From: Ginkgo biloba
Taxonomy: Eukaryota; Plantae; Ginkgophyta
Direction of reading: 5' to 3'
Length of the DNA: 21,224 nucleotides
Assembly (NCBI GenBank): GCA_024626585.2
Contig: JANKJI020000002.1
Span: 127,921,008-127,942,231, forward strand
Shown: positions 19,885 through 21,224 of the stretch, one piece after another
Layout of the letters: every line of letters begins with the position of its first letter
How positions within the stretch are numbered: position 1 is the first letter of the stretch
Translations under genes and position numbers: made by a program
The notes under the pieces: generated by a model
Told to the model about the DNA's origin: nothing
Databases searched by the model: none
Seen by the model: only the letters and a program-made list of their open reading frames with translations

Positions 19885-20975
19885 TCCATGAGATACAGAG
19901 CATACTTCTTTGTACATGGATTGAAACCCCATATTAGACAAGGAGTAGTGGTCACAAGACCTATAGACATAGAATATACAATCAATAGTGCCCTCTAGAT
20001 TGAACCTACACAAATAAGGGATCAAGAATTAAAAAAAACCCATACAACAAAAGAGAGGTTTGCCCAAGTTTAAGAAAGCCATGTCACAAGCATGGTAATA
20101 AGCTATTGTTTCATAAAGAAAAAAAATTACAAAATCCTACATTTTAGAAAAAAGGAAGGGAGGAGAAACCTCCTTAGGATAATGAAGAAAGAGGTTGGCC
20201 ATGAAGTGCTTTAAATTTGGGGAAGATCATCTAAAGAGGTCTTGTCCTCCCTTTCAACATAGCAACAACGCTAAATGAAAGAAGATGGCAGTGTTAGTGG
20301 TATCTACGAAGAGAAACTCCAAGAAGGCTCTTTCTCAAAGAGAACCTACGACCATTTAAAAGATTTTTTGATTTTGAATTGTTTGTCATTAAGGAGAACA
20401 TTAATGGTGTAGAAGCCTCAATTTTGATGGACAATGGGTGTACTCATAATGTTTTCTTTGAGGACTTTACTCATAAGGCTAAGTTATTGACACAAGAAAC
20501 TCCTTACACTTATAAAGTTGAGTTAGTGGATAGAAAAGAAGTCTAAACTTGGAAAGAATTTATTGCCATTGTTCTCATTGCCATCCAAAGTTACAAAGGC
20601 CATTTGAATTTTGATATCATAAAGATTAGCAAGTATAACACCATCTTGCAAAAAAAGTTGTGACAATATGATAATTCATTCTTCTGGGAAACCACATTCA
20701 ATATTTTCACAAAGAAAAGAAATTGTAGTTACACTTTCAAATTCCTATTGTTTCAAACATTGAAACTAAAGAGAGTTGTAAGAAAGAACAAAAATCAATG
20801 TTATGGTCAATGTTAATGAAACTCCAAGTGAAGGAAAGGATAAAAAGGACATCAAGGAAGAGATGAAACCACTTCTGAAAGAGTTTGCACACACATTTTC
20901 AAATGAGTTACCCAAAGGATTACTAATTGGAAGAGAGGTGGATGAACAAATCCAACCAAGGTAGGGGTTTAATCT
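19885..20975 (+). mobile_element. Degenerate Ty3/gypsy gag-protease fragment, truncated at the RT N-terminus
   Basis: Gag: FVHGLKPHIRQGV...P. Knuckle CFKFGEDHLKRSC at 20207-20245 (second Cys mutated). Aspartic protease ILMDNGCTHN (DNG at 20430-20438). Pre-RT LLKEFAHTFSNELPKGLLIGREVDEQI. Confidence 0.88.
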
Positions 20976-21224
20976 CCTTATCAATTGATACATGTTAAAA
21001 ATAAGAAGTGGAAAATCATTGTTATCGCCCATTTTAGCACCTATGATATTTGTGCTATCCTTTTAATTATATATGGCGCTTATTCGTATATATCACTGTG
21101 ACCACTTGCATGTCATTTAGTCAACCTCATGGCATTTTATGATTACCCCAGGGTTAACCTTAGACAATTATTATCATCCTATAAATATCTCTTTTATACA
21201 AAGATAAAATGGGGGATCTTCCAT

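Noticed and set aside
16312-20025. Long ORFs in the ORF track (100-200 aa) spanning N-runs
   Set aside because: They are mostly X residues from unknown bases and are artefacts of the gaps.
1942-20975. Treating the gypsy pieces (RH-INT, RT, gag-PR) as one element surrounding or capturing the gene
   Set aside because: Order and orientation are incompatible: RH-INT lies upstream of gag-PR and the RT piece is on the opposite strand. I saw no matching LTR pair.

Overview
Eukaryotic, AT-rich, N-gapped genomic DNA from a large-genome land plant; gymnosperm/conifer-like is my inference from the intron size and the decayed TE content. One host gene is well supported on the + strand: a DsbA/FrnE-type (DSBA-like) thioredoxin-fold oxidoreductase with a CPWC active site. 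Six coding exons between 5853 and 16383 splice in frame at GT-AG sites to give 193 codons. The final coding exon is not visible and probably lies in the N-run at 16409-16741. The intron at 6706-16058 (about 9.35 kb as assembled) is filled with decayed mobile DNA: a solo LTR with a 5-bp target-site duplication, a Ty3/gypsy gag fragment, an RT fragment, a Tat/Ogre-like RNase H fragment, a probable LINE ORF1 remnant and decayed ORFs I cannot assign. Both flanks carry degenerate Ty3/gypsy pol pieces (RNase H-integrase at 1942-3057; gag-protease at 19885-20975). I see no convincing new biological system. The points most worth checking are a 16-nt micro-exon, a stop-free in-frame intron, the unassigned decayed ORFs and a 36-bp periodic array.
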